Of a stretch of 64,000 nucleotides of DNA, positions 17,391 through 28,092 are shown in pieces. The first letter of the stretch is position 1. Every line of letters starts with the position of its first letter. The position numbers and the translations under genes were made by a program. This DNA is from an uncultured Porphyromonadaceae bacterium. Lineage in GTDB: Bacteria > Bacteroidota > Bacteroidia > Bacteroidales > Muribaculaceae. Under the pieces are notes generated by a model, which saw only the letters and a list, made by a program, of their open reading frames with translations, did no database searches and had not been told where the DNA came from. The stretch lies in assembly GCA_947177135.1 (NCBI GenBank), contig CAMWTI010000001.1:101-64100 (forward strand). Reading direction: 5' to 3'.

Positions 17391-19601
17391 ATGCAGCTGA
17401 TTCCAACCCACCACCATCTGGCGGAACTTCCGCAGATCTTCAGAGCGATGCTCCGTGCGGTCGGCTCCGTGGCCGAACCGGGCGACATCAAGACAATGCG
17501 CTCGCTCATCGGGCGTGGCGTTGAGGCGGGAATCTATTCTCAGGGACCATTCGGACTGGACGGACTGAAACACAGACTCTACACAGCTCTGCTAATGGCC
17601 GACGCAGTCAGTCCGGACCGCAGCATGACGCTGGCCCTGCTGATCGATCCGCTGTGCAGCGGAGGTGTGCTGACGCGCCGGCAGGTTGCCGAACAGTTCG
17701 GCGCCGACGTCGATAAACTGGTCGGCGGAATGTCTAACGTGGCCGGACTCTACGCCAAGACTCCAGCCGTTGATTCAGACAATTTCCGAAATCTGCTGCT
17801 CAGCTTCGCGGCCGACATCCGCGTCATAATCATGATGATAGTGGAACGTCTCGAACTGATGAGGGCCATCAACCACCACAGCGACGAGGACGCGGTCAGG
17901 CGCGTGGCCGCCGAAGTGCGCTACCTCTATGCGCCGCTGGCCCACCGGCTCGGACTATATGCCATCAAAAGCGAACTTGAAGATCTGGCGCTGAAATATA
18001 CCAACCGCGAGATTTTCACCCGCATCGCCCACGACCTGAATCAGCGCAAAGCGGCACGAGAGGCATATATCGCCGACTTCATCGGCCCGGTCAAGCAGAA
18101 GCTCGAGACAGCCGGACTGAAATTCGACATCAAAGGCCGAACAAAATCGATATCGTCCATCTGGAACAAAATCCAGAAACAGCATAACGACCTCGACCAT
18201 ATCTATGACCTTTTCGCCATCCGCGTGATAATCGACACCCCGGCCGAACGCGAAAAGGCCGACTGCTGGCTGGCATACTCCATAATCACGGACATGTACA
18301 AGCCTAATCCCGCAAGGATGAAGGACTGGATCTCCATTCCGAAAAGCAACGGATACGAAAGCCTGCACACAACCGTCAACGGACCGCAGGGACGCTGGGT
18401 AGAAGTGCAGATACGCACCCGGCGCATGGACCTTGTGGCCGAAAAGGGTCTGGCGGCACACTGGCGCTACAAAGGCCTGAAAGGCGAAAACTCGCTCGAC
18501 GCATGGATGAACAACGTGCGCGACATTCTGGAAACAGCAGATTCCGGACCGATGGAGCTGATGAAAAACATGAGCATGGACATCTACAGCGACGAAGTGT
18601 TCGTGTTCACTCCGAAAGGCGACCTGCATCGCCTGCCCAAAGGCGCCACAGTGCTCGACTTCGCCTTTGCGGTCCACACCAAAGTGGGATGCAGTTGCAT
18701 CGGCGGACGCGTCAACGGCAAAAACCGCAAACTCAACCATCGGCTCAACAGCGGCGACACGGTCGAGATCAACACCTCGGCCAACCAGACTCCTAACCAG
18801 GACTGGCTCAAATGGACCGTCACGTCAAAGGCAAAAACAAAGATCCGGCAAGTCCTCAACGAAGCCAGAAACCGGCAGGCAACGCTGGGCAAGGAGATGT
18901 TGCTGCGACGACTCAAGAACCGCAAGATCGAATTTGACGAACCGACACTGATGCGGCTCATCAAGAAACTCGGCTTCAAGACCGTGACAGACTTCTTTGC
19001 CGAACTCGCGGCCGAAAGCCTCGACCCCGGACGCGTGGTCGAACAATATGCCACAGCTCTCCGCCATGAGGAAACCGCCGAGACGCGCTCGGCCGGAGAA
19101 TTCGTGCTCCAGTCAACCGACTCCGACGAATCGGCCGGCGGCGGAGCACCCGACGTGCTGATTATCGGCGCCTCCCAGATCAAAGGCATGAACTACAAAC
19201 TGGCACGCTGCTGCTCGCCGATCTACGGCGACAAGGTGTTCGGCTTCATATCGTCAGACGGAGTCGTGAAAATACACCGCGACGACTGCCCCAACGCCGC
19301 CCATATCCGCGAACGCTACCCCTACCGCATCATCAACACCCGCTGGAGCGGGAAAGCCGGCGAACAGTTCGGCGCCACGATCTCGGTGACGGGAACCGAT
19401 GACCTCGGAATAGTCACCAACATCTCCTCGATAATCAACAAGGAGCGCGACATTTCGCTGCGTAACATCGCCATTGACTCGCACGACGGTTCCTTCCGCG
19501 GCACACTCACCGTGGGAGTCAGTTCCACATCGGCGCTCGACTCTCTTATCCACAAAATCAAAACAATCAAAGGCGTTAAATATGTGCAACGCAATAAGTA
19601 A
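17391..19601 (+). CDS. relA: RelA/SpoT-homolog (p)ppGpp synthetase, RelA-type with degenerate hydrolase (HD) domain
   Basis: 736 aa. The synthetase core is present (DLFAIRVII, NGYESLHTTV, EVQIRT). A TGS region (VFTPKGD) and a C-terminal ACT-like domain are also present. The N-terminal domain has ALLIDPL where the HD motif (LLHDvvED) would be. Confidence 0.9.
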   Translation: MQLIPTHHHLAELPQIFRAMLRAVGSVAEPGDIKTMRSLIGRGVEAGIYSQGPFGLDGLKHRLYTALLMADAVSPDRSMTLALLIDPLCSGGVLTRRQVAEQFGADVDKLVGGMSNVAGLYAKTPAVDSDNFRNLLLSFAADIRVIIMMIVERLELMRAINHHSDEDAVRRVAAEVRYLYAPLAHRLGLYAIKSELEDLALKYTNREIFTRIAHDLNQRKAAREAYIADFIGPVKQKLETAGLKFDIKGRTKSISSIWNKIQKQHNDLDHIYDLFAIRVIIDTPAEREKADCWLAYSIITDMYKPNPARMKDWISIPKSNGYESLHTTVNGPQGRWVEVQIRTRRMDLVAEKGLAAHWRYKGLKGENSLDAWMNNVRDILETADSGPMELMKNMSMDIYSDEVFVFTPKGDLHRLPKGATVLDFAFAVHTKVGCSCIGGRVNGKNRKLNHRLNSGDTVEINTSANQTPNQDWLKWTVTSKAKTKIRQVLNEARNRQATLGKEMLLRRLKNRKIEFDEPTLMRLIKKLGFKTVTDFFAELAAESLDPGRVVEQYATALRHEETAETRSAGEFVLQSTDSDESAGGGAPDVLIIGASQIKGMNYKLARCCSPIYGDKVFGFISSDGVVKIHRDDCPNAAHIRERYPYRIINTRWSGKAGEQFGATISVTGTDDLGIVTNISSIINKERDISLRNIAIDSHDGSFRGTLTVGVSSTSALDSLIHKIKTIKGVKYVQRNK

Positions 19602-19608
19602 GATCACC

Positions 19609-20409
19609 ATGCTGGCCGTAATCGCCGCGGCCCTTTCATCATGCGGACCAGACAAAGAAACCGAAGCCGCAGACCGCCTTGTGGCCCAGGCCAAAGGCGC
19701 CATTGACCGCTCCGATTTCGACTCGGCATTCATATATCTCGACTCTCTCAGTTCAGGATATCCCCGACAGATCGAGGCCGGACGCCGCGGACTGGCCCTG
19801 CGCCCAGCGGCAATCGCCGGAAAGACACAACAGGAAATCATGGAACTGCAGATGCTCATGCAGGACGCCTCCGCACGCATCGATTCGCTCAGGCCCCGCT
19901 TCAAGGCCGTGCCGCCGGGCGACGACCTGCTGGAAGGATACTACATCAGCGTCGACGCGCCCGACGACTTCCGCTCGCGCAACACGGTGATCGCCCGCGT
20001 CACCCCCCGCGGCGAATTCGTGATAGTGTCGTCGCTGGCCGGACGCACCACCCGCCATACCCACATCATCCTCAACTCAGGCCAGGAGTCAGCCAAAACC
20101 GGATCAGTGGCCTTCGACGCCTCCCTTCCGCTCAGCCGAGAAAGCGTGAGATTCGCCACCGGCTCGGCCGACGAAGTGGGCCGCTTCGCCGAATCGATCG
20201 ACGACGGACGCCCGGCAACCGTCATCTTCGCAGGCGGCAAATCCGAAGCCAAAGACAAGCTGTCGGCCAAAGAAGTGCACGCCATCGCCGACTCGTGGCG
20301 CCTGTCGCAGGCCATGAGCAGCCTCGCTCCGATGGCCTCACGCCTCGAACAGCTCAAAGCCAAGCTGCAACTGGCGCGCGACCAGGACGTCAACATCAAT
20401 AAGAACTGA
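19609..20409 (+). CDS. Hypothetical lipoprotein
   Basis: Signal/lipobox [12 protein letters not shown]. An alternative ATG at 19582 overlaps the relA end. No family was recognised. Confidence 0.5.
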   Translation: MLAVIAAALSSCGPDKETEAADRLVAQAKGAIDRSDFDSAFIYLDSLSSGYPRQIEAGRRGLALRPAAIAGKTQQEIMELQMLMQDASARIDSLRPRFKAVPPGDDLLEGYYISVDAPDDFRSRNTVIARVTPRGEFVIVSSLAGRTTRHTHIILNSGQESAKTGSVAFDASLPLSRESVRFATGSADEVGRFAESIDDGRPATVIFAGGKSEAKDKLSAKEVHAIADSWRLSQAMSSLAPMASRLEQLKAKLQLARDQDVNINKN

Positions 20410-20447
20410 AACATCACATCAAAACAATCATCCTTCATAACAACACA

Positions 20448-21452
20448 ATGAACATAGCAATCGTCGGCGCCTCAGGAGCCGTCGGCCAGGAACTTCTCCG
20501 CGTGCTGGCCGAACAGGAGTTTCCCATCGAACGTCTTGAACTTTTCGGCTCGAAACGCAGCGCCGGTCGCACATACGCGTTCCGCGGCAAAGAATATGTT
20601 GTCAAAGAGCTTGTGCATGATCCCGAACTTTTCCGCGGCATCGACATCGCCTTCACGTCAGCAGGCGCAGGAACCAGCAAGGAATTCGCGGCCGACATCA
20701 CCGCCTTCGGAACGCTGCTGATCGACAATTCGAGCGCCTTCCGCATGGACTCTGACGTGCCTCTGGTAGTGCCTGAAGTGAATCCCGACGATGCGTTCAA
20801 CGCGCCGCGCCGCATCATCGCCAACCCCAACTGCACCACCATCCAGATGGTCGTGGCCCTCAATCCGATCCACAGACTATCACCGATCAGCCGCGTGCAT
20901 GTTGCCACCTATCAGGCGGCAAGCGGAGCCGGAGCCTCGGCCATGGACGAGCTTGTCAGCCAGTACACCAGCCTTGTCAAAGGCGAGGAGCCGACGGTCG
21001 ATAAATTCGCCTACCAGCTGGCCTACAACGTGATACCCCACATCGACGTTTTCCAGGACAACGGCTACACGAAAGAAGAGATGAAAATGTATTTCGAGAC
21101 CAAAAAGATCATGCACGCACCGGCGCTGGACGTGTCGGCCACCTGCGTGCGCGTGCCGGTGATGCGCGCCCACTCCGAAGCAGTGTGGGTCGAGACCGAA
21201 CGCGAGCTGTCGCTTGACGAAGTGCGCGCCGCCTTCGCCTCCGCTCCCGGTCTTGTGGTCATCGACAACCCTGCAAGCAAAGAATATCCGATGCCGCTCT
21301 TCACCGCCGGAAAAGACCCTGTGTTCGTGGGCCGTCTGCGACGCGACATCACCAATCCCCGCGGCATGTCGTTCTGGATCGTCGGCGACCAGATCAAGAA
21401 AGGCGCGGCACTCAACGCAGTGCAGATTGCCCAGCTCTTTCTGAAAAAATAA
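20448..21452 (+). CDS. asd: Aspartate-semialdehyde dehydrogenase
   Basis: N-terminal [15 protein letters not shown] Rossmann motif, active-site NPNCTT, and a length of 334 aa. Confidence 0.95.
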   Translation: MNIAIVGASGAVGQELLRVLAEQEFPIERLELFGSKRSAGRTYAFRGKEYVVKELVHDPELFRGIDIAFTSAGAGTSKEFAADITAFGTLLIDNSSAFRMDSDVPLVVPEVNPDDAFNAPRRIIANPNCTTIQMVVALNPIHRLSPISRVHVATYQAASGAGASAMDELVSQYTSLVKGEEPTVDKFAYQLAYNVIPHIDVFQDNGYTKEEMKMYFETKKIMHAPALDVSATCVRVPVMRAHSEAVWVETERELSLDEVRAAFASAPGLVVIDNPASKEYPMPLFTAGKDPVFVGRLRRDITNPRGMSFWIVGDQIKKGAALNAVQIAQLFLKK

Positions 21453-21474
21453 CCTCCTGCGCACTAAACTCCTG

Positions 21475-22869
21475 ATGCCGATGCCTTCACGCTCCTCGTC
21501 ACGACTGTCTCAGCAACAACGACTCGCCCAGCGCCCGCTCCCGCAGCAAGTGCGGCTGGCGCGCATGCTCGAGCTGACCGACCGGGAAATGGAAGAGGAG
21601 GTGAAGCATCAGCTCGAGGAGAATCCCGCACTCGAGCAATCAGAAGCGAATCCTGCGCCGGAACTCGACGGCAACGCTCAGCCAGCGGCATCTGATCCCG
21701 GCGAGCGCCGATATCTCAACATACGCCCACAGGCTCCCGACGGCCCGGATCCGGGCTCTCTGGCGGTGGCGCGCGCGGCGACTCTGTCGGAATTCCTGTC
21801 GGAGCAACTGCATGAACAGAATCTGCCGGAAAAGGCGCTCAGGCTCGCCGAATACATGACAGGCAGCATCGACTCCAACGGCTGGTTCACCCGGACAATA
21901 CCGCAACTTGAAGCCGACGCGGCAGCCAACTTCGAGCCGACGTTTGATTTCTCGACCGACGACGTGCGCCGCGCCTGGAGTGCCATACGAGCCCTGGAAC
22001 CGCCCGGCATCGGCGCGATGGACCTGCGCGATTGTCTGCTGCTCCAGCTTGACCGCTTGCCCGACCGGACTCCCTATGTGAAGGAGGCGCGCGAAGTGGT
22101 GCGCCACTACTTCGACATTTTCTCCCACCGCAACTTCACACTGTTGGCCGAAGAGAGCGGCCTCGACATCGACAGCATACGCGAAGCCAACAGGCTTATC
22201 CTCACCCTGAACCCTAAGCCTGCGGCCCACATCACGGCCGAGAGCGACGCCAACTCCACTCAGAGCGTAGTGCCGGATTTCATTGTCGACACCGACGGCG
22301 AAACCGTGACAGTGAGCATGCCAAGCAATCTGCCGGAGCTGGAAGTGGAAGATAGTTTCAACATTGCCGACGAGGCGCCCGACACCGAGGGCAACGAGTT
22401 CATACGCACCTGCGCCCGCGAGGCCCGGTCGTTTATCGACCTGATCAGACGCAGACGTCAGACCCTGATGATCATAGCGTCAGCAATAGTGCGCATACAG
22501 CGTGAATTTTTCCTGTCGGGCGACGATGAAAGCCGTATCAGGCCTATGGTGCTGCGCGACGTCGCTTCGGCCGCCGGCATGGACATTTCGACGGTGAGCC
22601 GCGCCGTGGCCGGAAAATGGATCGCCACCCAATTCGGCGTCTATTCGCTGAAAAGTTTCTTCAACGAACAGGTGGCCGACTCCTCGTCACGCGAGGTGCT
22701 GGCCGCCTTGCGCGAAATAATAGAGAACGAAGATCCCTCCGCCCCGCTTGGCGACGATACTCTCACTGCCATGCTGAACGAGCGGGGCTACAAACTTGCC
22801 CGGCGCACTGTCGCCAAATATCGCGACCGTCTCGGCATCGCTCCGTCGCGAATGCGCCGCACCATCTGA
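21475..22869 (+). CDS. rpoN: RNA polymerase sigma-54 factor
   Basis: Q/L-rich N-terminus, ENPALE, and the C-terminal RpoN box ARRTVAKYR. Confidence 0.95.
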   Translation: MPMPSRSSSRLSQQQRLAQRPLPQQVRLARMLELTDREMEEEVKHQLEENPALEQSEANPAPELDGNAQPAASDPGERRYLNIRPQAPDGPDPGSLAVARAATLSEFLSEQLHEQNLPEKALRLAEYMTGSIDSNGWFTRTIPQLEADAAANFEPTFDFSTDDVRRAWSAIRALEPPGIGAMDLRDCLLLQLDRLPDRTPYVKEAREVVRHYFDIFSHRNFTLLAEESGLDIDSIREANRLILTLNPKPAAHITAESDANSTQSVVPDFIVDTDGETVTVSMPSNLPELEVEDSFNIADEAPDTEGNEFIRTCAREARSFIDLIRRRRQTLMIIASAIVRIQREFFLSGDDESRIRPMVLRDVASAAGMDISTVSRAVAGKWIATQFGVYSLKSFFNEQVADSSSREVLAALREIIENEDPSAPLGDDTLTAMLNERGYKLARRTVAKYRDRLGIAPSRMRRTI

Positions 22870-22971
22870 CTCCAGACACACCACATCCCACGGAAATATC
22901 ACCTGACGTGAACCAAAGGAAGTGGAACGCTGTTATGATGACATAACAACAATATTCCACCATCCTTCATT

Positions 22972-23523
22972 ATGAAACACTTCAGAGAAAAACTCAAAGG
23001 TTCGAAAACCGAGCAGAATCTACTGACAGCCTTTGCCGGAGAATCCGTCGCACGCAACAAATACGCAATGTATGCCTCGCAGGCACGCAAAGACGGATAT
23101 GAACAGATCGCCGACATTTTTGAGGAAACGGCCCACAATGAAGGCGTACACGCCAAAATCTGGTTCAAGCTCCTGCACGACGGAGTGCCACACACTCTGG
23201 ACAATCTGAAAGACGCCGCCGCAGGCGAGAACTATGAATGGACCGACATGTATGCCGAATTCGAGCGGGTGGCACGCGAAGAGGGCTTCACCCACATTGC
23301 CAATCTCTTCAAGATGGTCGGCGAAGTCGAGCGCACCCATGAGGCACGCTATCGCAAGCTTATCGACAATATCAATCAGGCTATCGTCTTTTCTCGCGAC
23401 GGCGACATGGTCTGGATCTGCGCCAACTGCGGGCATCTGCACTTCGGCAAGAAAGCTCCCGAGCGCTGTCCGGTGTGTGACCACCCGCGGGCATTCTTCC
23501 AGATCCGCGCCGAAAACTACTGA
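22972..23523 (+). CDS. rbr: Rubrerythrin
   Basis: Ferritin-like di-iron domain ([13 protein letters not shown]...EGVH...E..H) plus a C-terminal rubredoxin CxxC...CxxC (CANCG ... CPVCD). Confidence 0.9.
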   Translation: MKHFREKLKGSKTEQNLLTAFAGESVARNKYAMYASQARKDGYEQIADIFEETAHNEGVHAKIWFKLLHDGVPHTLDNLKDAAAGENYEWTDMYAEFERVAREEGFTHIANLFKMVGEVERTHEARYRKLIDNINQAIVFSRDGDMVWICANCGHLHFGKKAPERCPVCDHPRAFFQIRAENY

Positions 23524-23539
23524 TCGGTGGCCGCCGGCT

Positions 23540-24529
23540 TCAGCGGCAGAAGGCAACGCGTGCGGCAAACAGCCGCCACACAACGACTCTGATGCGGTCT
23601 GCGGCAACGCAGGCCGCAAATATTATCACAAGCACCAGAGCAAACGACAGCAGGCAAAGCGGTCCTGAAACCGCATCATATAGCCTGATGCAGACGGCCC
23701 TGAACGACGGGGCGACGTAGGGGTTCATGTGGATGAGGTAGACGGCAAACACCGACTGCGCCACGTTATTTAGGAATGGCGATGGGCGCATGCGCAAGCT
23801 GGCGAAAGCGCTAAACAATCCCACAGACGCCATGATCACCAGCGGATTGGAGTATGCTTCGGCCGACAGCGCCACCCCGGTGCGGGCGATCAGAGCCATC
23901 AAGACCACGTTGGCTGCCACACCGGCCGGATAAAGCCATGACAGCGGGCGCAGAGCGGAACTGCGACGGCGCAGCAGGGCGGCAAGCAGGTATAGCCCGA
24001 CGAACGACAGTGGCGAATATCCACCGTCGAAGACAGCGCTGTCGGCAACCCATCCCCAGGCGGTCTGCACCATATAAAAGACGGCCACAATGACGGCAAG
24101 AGCCCCGGAAGAGAATCCGCGTATGAGTCGGTTTAGCAGCGGCGAAAGCAGATACAGGACCAGATATGCCCCGACAAACCAGTTGCGCCCGAGCAGCAGC
24201 AGATTGTCGACCGCACCGGCCACGTCGGCTTCAGCGCGCCCGAGCAGGATCATGGCAAGATATATGCCGGCCGAATAAAACATGCACTGAAACAGAAACG
24301 AAGCGAGGCCGCGCAACGACGGGCGGATGCCGAACCAGCCGGAGATCATCACGAACACGTTGACACTCACAAGCGCGGCAGCCTCGAGAGTCATCCTCGT
24401 CAATGACGCGGCGGGAGACCCGGCGATCTCGGACCACGACGGCACTCCGAGACTCCAGAAGTCGGCATGCAGGGTCAGCACAAGCATCATGGAGACGATG
24501 CGCAACAACTCAAGGTTGGACTGCCTCAT
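23540..24529 (-). CDS. Membrane acyltransferase (acyltransferase_3 family)
   Basis: Polytopic hydrophobic protein opening with NLELLRIVSMMLVLTLH. The start is taken at MRQSNLE, which has an ATGA overlap with the rnhB stop. Confidence 0.7.
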   Translation of the reverse strand: MRQSNLELLRIVSMMLVLTLHADFWSLGVPSWSEIAGSPAASLTRMTLEAAALVSVNVFVMISGWFGIRPSLRGLASFLFQCMFYSAGIYLAMILLGRAEADVAGAVDNLLLLGRNWFVGAYLVLYLLSPLLNRLIRGFSSGALAVIVAVFYMVQTAWGWVADSAVFDGGYSPLSFVGLYLLAALLRRRSSALRPLSWLYPAGVAANVVLMALIARTGVALSAEAYSNPLVIMASVGLFSAFASLRMRPSPFLNNVAQSVFAVYLIHMNPYVAPSFRAVCIRLYDAVSGPLCLLSFALVLVIIFAACVAADRIRVVVWRLFAARVAFCR

Positions 24530-25116
24530 TTTTTCGTTGACGGAAGCAGGCGAAAAGTCATGCGATGAAGCGGACACGGACCGTGGAGCGCGATAGCGGT
24601 GCGGTGCGAGGCCGTCGGGTATGCCTTGTTGGACTCCCAGCCATATTGCGGATAATCGGCTGCAGCCGCCCTGATAAACTCGTCGCGGTGGGTTTTGGCG
24701 AGCACCGAGGCGGCGGCGATGTTGGCCAGCTTGGAATCACCTTTGACCACAGTGGTGAACGGCACGGAACGCCATTGGGTGAAACGGTTGCCGTCGACCA
24801 CCACATGCTGCGGGCAGACCTGCAGAGCGTCAAGCGCCCGGTGCATGGCCAGGATCGAGGCTTTGAGGATGTTTATCCTGTCGATTTCTGCCGCATCGAC
24901 CGAGGCGACTGCCCAGGCAAGTGCCTGATCTTCGATTATGGCCCGCAGCCTGTCGCGCGAGCGCTCGGTAAGCTGCTTCGAGTCGTTGAGATCAGGATGG
25001 GAGAATCCGCGCGGCAGTATCACCGCGGCGGCAAACACGGGTCCGGCAAGACATCCGCGGCCGGCTTCATCGCAACCGGCTTCGACAAGGTCCGGCGAAA
25101 GTGAGTCTGGCAACAT
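24526..25116 (-). CDS. rnhB: Ribonuclease HII
   Basis: GCDEAGRGCLAGPV catalytic motif, DSKQL, and a length of 196 aa. Confidence 0.93.
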   Translation of the reverse strand: MLPDSLSPDLVEAGCDEAGRGCLAGPVFAAAVILPRGFSHPDLNDSKQLTERSRDRLRAIIEDQALAWAVASVDAAEIDRINILKASILAMHRALDALQVCPQHVVVDGNRFTQWRSVPFTTVVKGDSKLANIAAASVLAKTHRDEFIRAAAADYPQYGWESNKAYPTASHRTAIALHGPCPLHRMTFRLLPSTKK

Positions 25117-25160
25117 AAGTCAACGTGTGAAGTGGGGATGATGTAGAGGTGGGAGCGTAG

Positions 25161-25577
25161 TCAGATGATTACCTGATAGCGGCGCATGATCGAGCGCACA
25201 CGAGCCATAAACATATTTACCGAGACAGGCTTGCACAGCACCATGTCGACACCGGCATCATAGGCGGCGACGGATTCTTCGTGCGAGAGCATCACTATCG
25301 CGCAGTCATTGCCCGGTTCACTTCGGCGGAGCAGGCGCAGAATCTCGACGGCATGGTCGGCTGTGAGCGGGTCGCAGTCCACCACAAAAAGACGGCAGCG
25401 TCCGCATTCCAGAGCCAAAGTATCGAAAATCCGCATCTCCTTCACTGCCATTCCAGCTTCACGCAATGCCATGGCGATCAAGCGTCGGAACCTGGCATCT
25501 TCGGATGCGACGACCGCTGCGGCGACCGTTTCGGAAATGCCGGGGGCATAATCATTGTCAATGGAGGTATTCATCAT
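25161..25577 (-). CDS. Stand-alone response-regulator receiver domain protein
   Basis: CheY-like positions are present: acidic pair (SED), phospho-acceptor D in LFVVDCD, S in VMLSHE, and K in LCKPV. There is no output domain. The start is taken at MMNTS because a TACCTTTG -7 box lies inside the longer ORF. Confidence 0.6.
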   Translation of the reverse strand: MMNTSIDNDYAPGISETVAAAVVASEDARFRRLIAMALREAGMAVKEMRIFDTLALECGRCRLFVVDCDPLTADHAVEILRLLRRSEPGNDCAIVMLSHEESVAAYDAGVDMVLCKPVSVNMFMARVRSIMRRYQVII

Positions 25578-25590
25578 CTCTTCAAGAGGA

Positions 25591-25598
25591 CAAAGGTA
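25591..25598 (-). promoter_or_regulatory. Bacteroidota -7 promoter box (TACCTTTG on minus strand)
   Basis: Matches TAnnTTTG 14 nt upstream of the ATG at 25577. Confidence 0.4.
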
Positions 25599-25691
25599 AT
25601 GAGCATTCTCCAATCAACCCCATACGGTAACCCGTTTGTATTGCGATTTTGTTGGTTCTTTAACCTGCGCGCGGCATTTCCGCGCTCATTG

Positions 25692-26408
25692 TCAGGAAAG
25701 GCGCGTGGCTGCCAGAGCGAAGACCGACAGGATGGATTCGGGAAATGCGGCATGGAGCGCTTCGGCGCAGGCCGCAAGAGTGGCTCCGGTGGTTATCACG
25801 TCGTCAACAATAAGAATGTGGGCCGGCGCCGGCGATATTTTCCGGCTCACAAAGAAAGTATGGCGGGCATTGGCCAGGCGGTCGGCCGCATTTTTGCGCG
25901 TCTGACTTGAGTGATGACGCGCCCCGAGCAGATCCATCACCGCCGCCGCTCCGGCCACATCGGCAACTCCCATCGCCACGGCGTGTGACTGATTGTAGCC
26001 GCGGCTTATGATCCGGCGCAGACTGAGCGGCACCGGCTGTATGGCATCAACACCGTCAAAAAATCCTGTCTGGGCGATCTGCGAGGCATAGTCGCGGGCG
26101 ATGCGGCGTCCTACGGAGGGCAGCCCGGAATATTTCACCCGATGGATCAGCGAGGCATAGGGCGAGTGTTTTTCATAGTGGAACAATGCCGTGGCGCGGT
26201 GTATAGGCGCATGACACATCAGTCGTTCGTGCAGGTTGTTCCATTCCGGAGAGTGATGAAATCCGGTGTGCGGCATATCAAGCAGGCACCTGACGCAGAT
26301 ATCGCGCTCGCCGGCCACCAGCACCCGGCCGCAGACCAGACATACGTCGGGATAGACAACCGACAACAGGGCATCAGTAAGTCTGCGCAGCATCGCTGTC
26401 GTCGCCAA
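25692..26408 (-). CDS. comF: ComF-family phosphoribosyltransferase-fold protein
   Basis: N-terminal double CxxC zinc-finger pattern (CLVCG ... CVRC) and the PRPP-binding loop ILIVDDVITTGATL. The start is uncertain and overlaps the recX end. Confidence 0.8.
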   Translation of the reverse strand: MATTAMLRRLTDALLSVVYPDVCLVCGRVLVAGERDICVRCLLDMPHTGFHHSPEWNNLHERLMCHAPIHRATALFHYEKHSPYASLIHRVKYSGLPSVGRRIARDYASQIAQTGFFDGVDAIQPVPLSLRRIISRGYNQSHAVAMGVADVAGAAAVMDLLGARHHSSQTRKNAADRLANARHTFFVSRKISPAPAHILIVDDVITTGATLAACAEALHAAFPESILSVFALAATRLS

Positions 26409-26874
26409 GGGCGCCGCTTTCCACCACCCGCATGATCAGCGACGGTTCGAAACCGCGTCCGGCGGCAAAGCGCATCAATTTACCGCAGATAGTGTATTCA
26501 TCATCATTGTCAGGCAATTGCCGCAGCTTGGCCCGCAACAGCGCCACAAGGTTCGCTTCATAGACCTGCGGATCGATCTCCTCATCAAGAGCTTCGTCGA
26601 TATACTCCCGATCCACCCGCTTGAGCCTCAGCGCCTGGCTGATTTTCAAGCGTCCCCAGCGCGAATAGAGATAGCGGTCGCGCACAAAGGCTCGGGCAAA
26701 GCGGCCGTCGTCGATAAACCTGGTGTCGACAAGGGTCTGCACGACCTGTTCGGCCATGCGGCCCGCCACTCCCCATCGACGCAGTTTTTCAAGGGCTTCG
26801 CCGGTGCTTAGTTCCGCGCGCGCGCAAAGGTCTTGCAGCTTGGCCATAGCCTGTTCGGCAGTGAGTGTCTTCAT
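26374..26874 (-). CDS. recX: Regulatory protein RecX
   Basis: 166 aa. It has the helical-repeat pattern with FIDDGRFARAFVRDR typical of RecX. There is a 4-nt overlap with the prmC stop. Confidence 0.75.
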   Translation of the reverse strand: MKTLTAEQAMAKLQDLCARAELSTGEALEKLRRWGVAGRMAEQVVQTLVDTRFIDDGRFARAFVRDRYLYSRWGRLKISQALRLKRVDREYIDEALDEEIDPQVYEANLVALLRAKLRQLPDNDDEYTICGKLMRFAAGRGFEPSLIMRVVESGALGDDSDAAQTY

Positions 26875-27725
26875 CGGCGGCGGGTTATGACGGCAAAACG
26901 CTGCCGGCCGTAAAGGTCGGCGGTGATTTCAACTTCACTGAAACCGGCCTCGGCAGCCAGAGCGGCAAAACGGTCGGAGAGAAGCGGATTTATTTCAAAG
27001 AAGACCGCACCATCATCGGCAAGATGCGAGGCCGCATAGCCAATCACCGCGCGATAGAAGCGCAACGGATCGCCGTCGGGCACAAACAGCGCCAATCCAG
27101 GTTCATGCTCAAGCACATGCTGTTCCATAAGCGTCCGTTCGGACTCCATCACATATGGAGGGTTGCTGACGATCACATCAAACTGTGCGGCCGGCATTGA
27201 TCCGGCATCAAGCATGTCGGCCAGACGGAAGTCGACGCTGACTCCGCACGCGGCGGCATTTTCACGCGCCACTGCAAGCGCGGCGGCACTGACGTCGATG
27301 GCCGTGACAGCCGGAAATCGCAGGCGCCGGGCCAGCGAAATAGCTATGCATCCTGATCCGGTGCCGCAGTCGAGCAGGCGCATGTCCGTTCTGTCGCCAC
27401 AGAAGTCGGCGACCATATCGGTCATCTGCTCTGTCTCCGGGCGCGGAATAAGCACGTCGGGGGTCACTTTGAGGCTGAGGCCGCAGAAACGCGCATGCTC
27501 CATCACATACTGTATCGGCTCGCCGTTTTGCAGGCGCGTCAATATTGCTCTGATTTTCTCGGGAATGAACGGCGGCACGGTGGAGTCCGCGCGAAGCACA
27601 GCTTCAACCGGAGTCAGGCGCATCACGTCTTCAAAAATGATACGCTCCATGGCCGCCGCCTCGCCCGCGCCGAAACGCGGCGTCAGGGCTGAGCGTATGC
27701 CGTGCGACAGTTCTCGGATCGTCAT
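26871..27725 (-). CDS. prmC: Peptide chain release factor N5-glutamine methyltransferase
   Basis: SAM motif LLDCGTGSGCIA and catalytic SNPPY. Confidence 0.9.
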   Translation of the reverse strand: MTIRELSHGIRSALTPRFGAGEAAAMERIIFEDVMRLTPVEAVLRADSTVPPFIPEKIRAILTRLQNGEPIQYVMEHARFCGLSLKVTPDVLIPRPETEQMTDMVADFCGDRTDMRLLDCGTGSGCIAISLARRLRFPAVTAIDVSAAALAVARENAAACGVSVDFRLADMLDAGSMPAAQFDVIVSNPPYVMESERTLMEQHVLEHEPGLALFVPDGDPLRFYRAVIGYAASHLADDGAVFFEINPLLSDRFAALAAEAGFSEVEITADLYGRQRFAVITRRR

Positions 27726-27768
27726 GTTGCAGGGGAATGAGGCTGGATAATGTGTGTAGAGGGATAAT

Positions 27769-27800
27769 AAAAAAGCCGTCCTGATCGAGTCCAGGCCGGC
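27769..27800 (-). terminator. Rho-independent terminator of the small Cys-repeat lipoprotein gene
   Basis: On the minus strand, GCCGGCCTG-loop-CAGGACGGC (8 of 9 bp paired) is followed by TTTTTT. Confidence 0.55.
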
Positions 27801-27824
27801 AATTTTTTTCTGCTAAGTTGTGAA

Positions 27825-28040
27825 TTATTCAGCAACTACGGTGCTGTCAGCGCAGCAAGCGGCAGTGTCAGCGCAGCATGCAGCAGTGTCAGCGCAGCAA
27901 TCAGCAGCGGAATCAACCACTTCGATGGCTTCTACTACTTCAGCGGCAACAGTTTCTTCGGTCTGAGCTTCCTTGTTGCCACCACAGGCTACAAGAGCAG
28001 CAGCCGATGCTACAGCGAGCATGAGAATGTACTTTTTCAT
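27825..28040 (-). CDS. Small acidic lipoprotein with three vicinal-cysteine repeats (CCADTAA x3)
   Basis: 71 aa. Signal/lipobox MKKYILMLAVASAAALVAC. The mature part ends DCCADTAACCADTAACCADSTVVAE. It has its own -7 box and terminator. Confidence 0.6.
   Translation of the reverse strand: MKKYILMLAVASAAALVACGGNKEAQTEETVAAEVVEAIEVVDSAADCCADTAACCADTAACCADSTVVAE
27843..27905. repeat. Three in-frame 21-nt tandem repeats inside the small lipoprotein gene
   Basis: The core TGTCAGCGCAGCA recurs at 27845, 27866 and 27887, with a 21-nt period. Confidence 0.85.
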
Positions 28041-28092
28041 TTTGTTTTTAGTTTAATTGAGTATAACGTTATTTTGTGCTTCAAAAACGATG

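Noticed and set aside
19198-19214. Sigma-54-like TGGCACG-N4-TGCT sequence
   Set aside because: It lies inside the relA coding region, the -12 element does not match TTGC, and no downstream gene start is positioned appropriately.
27843-27905. Short tandem repeats considered as a possible CRISPR or regulatory array
   Set aside because: There are only three 21-nt units with no spacers, in frame inside a credible lipoprotein ORF. It is a coding repeat. No CRISPR-like repeat-spacer structure was seen anywhere in the window.
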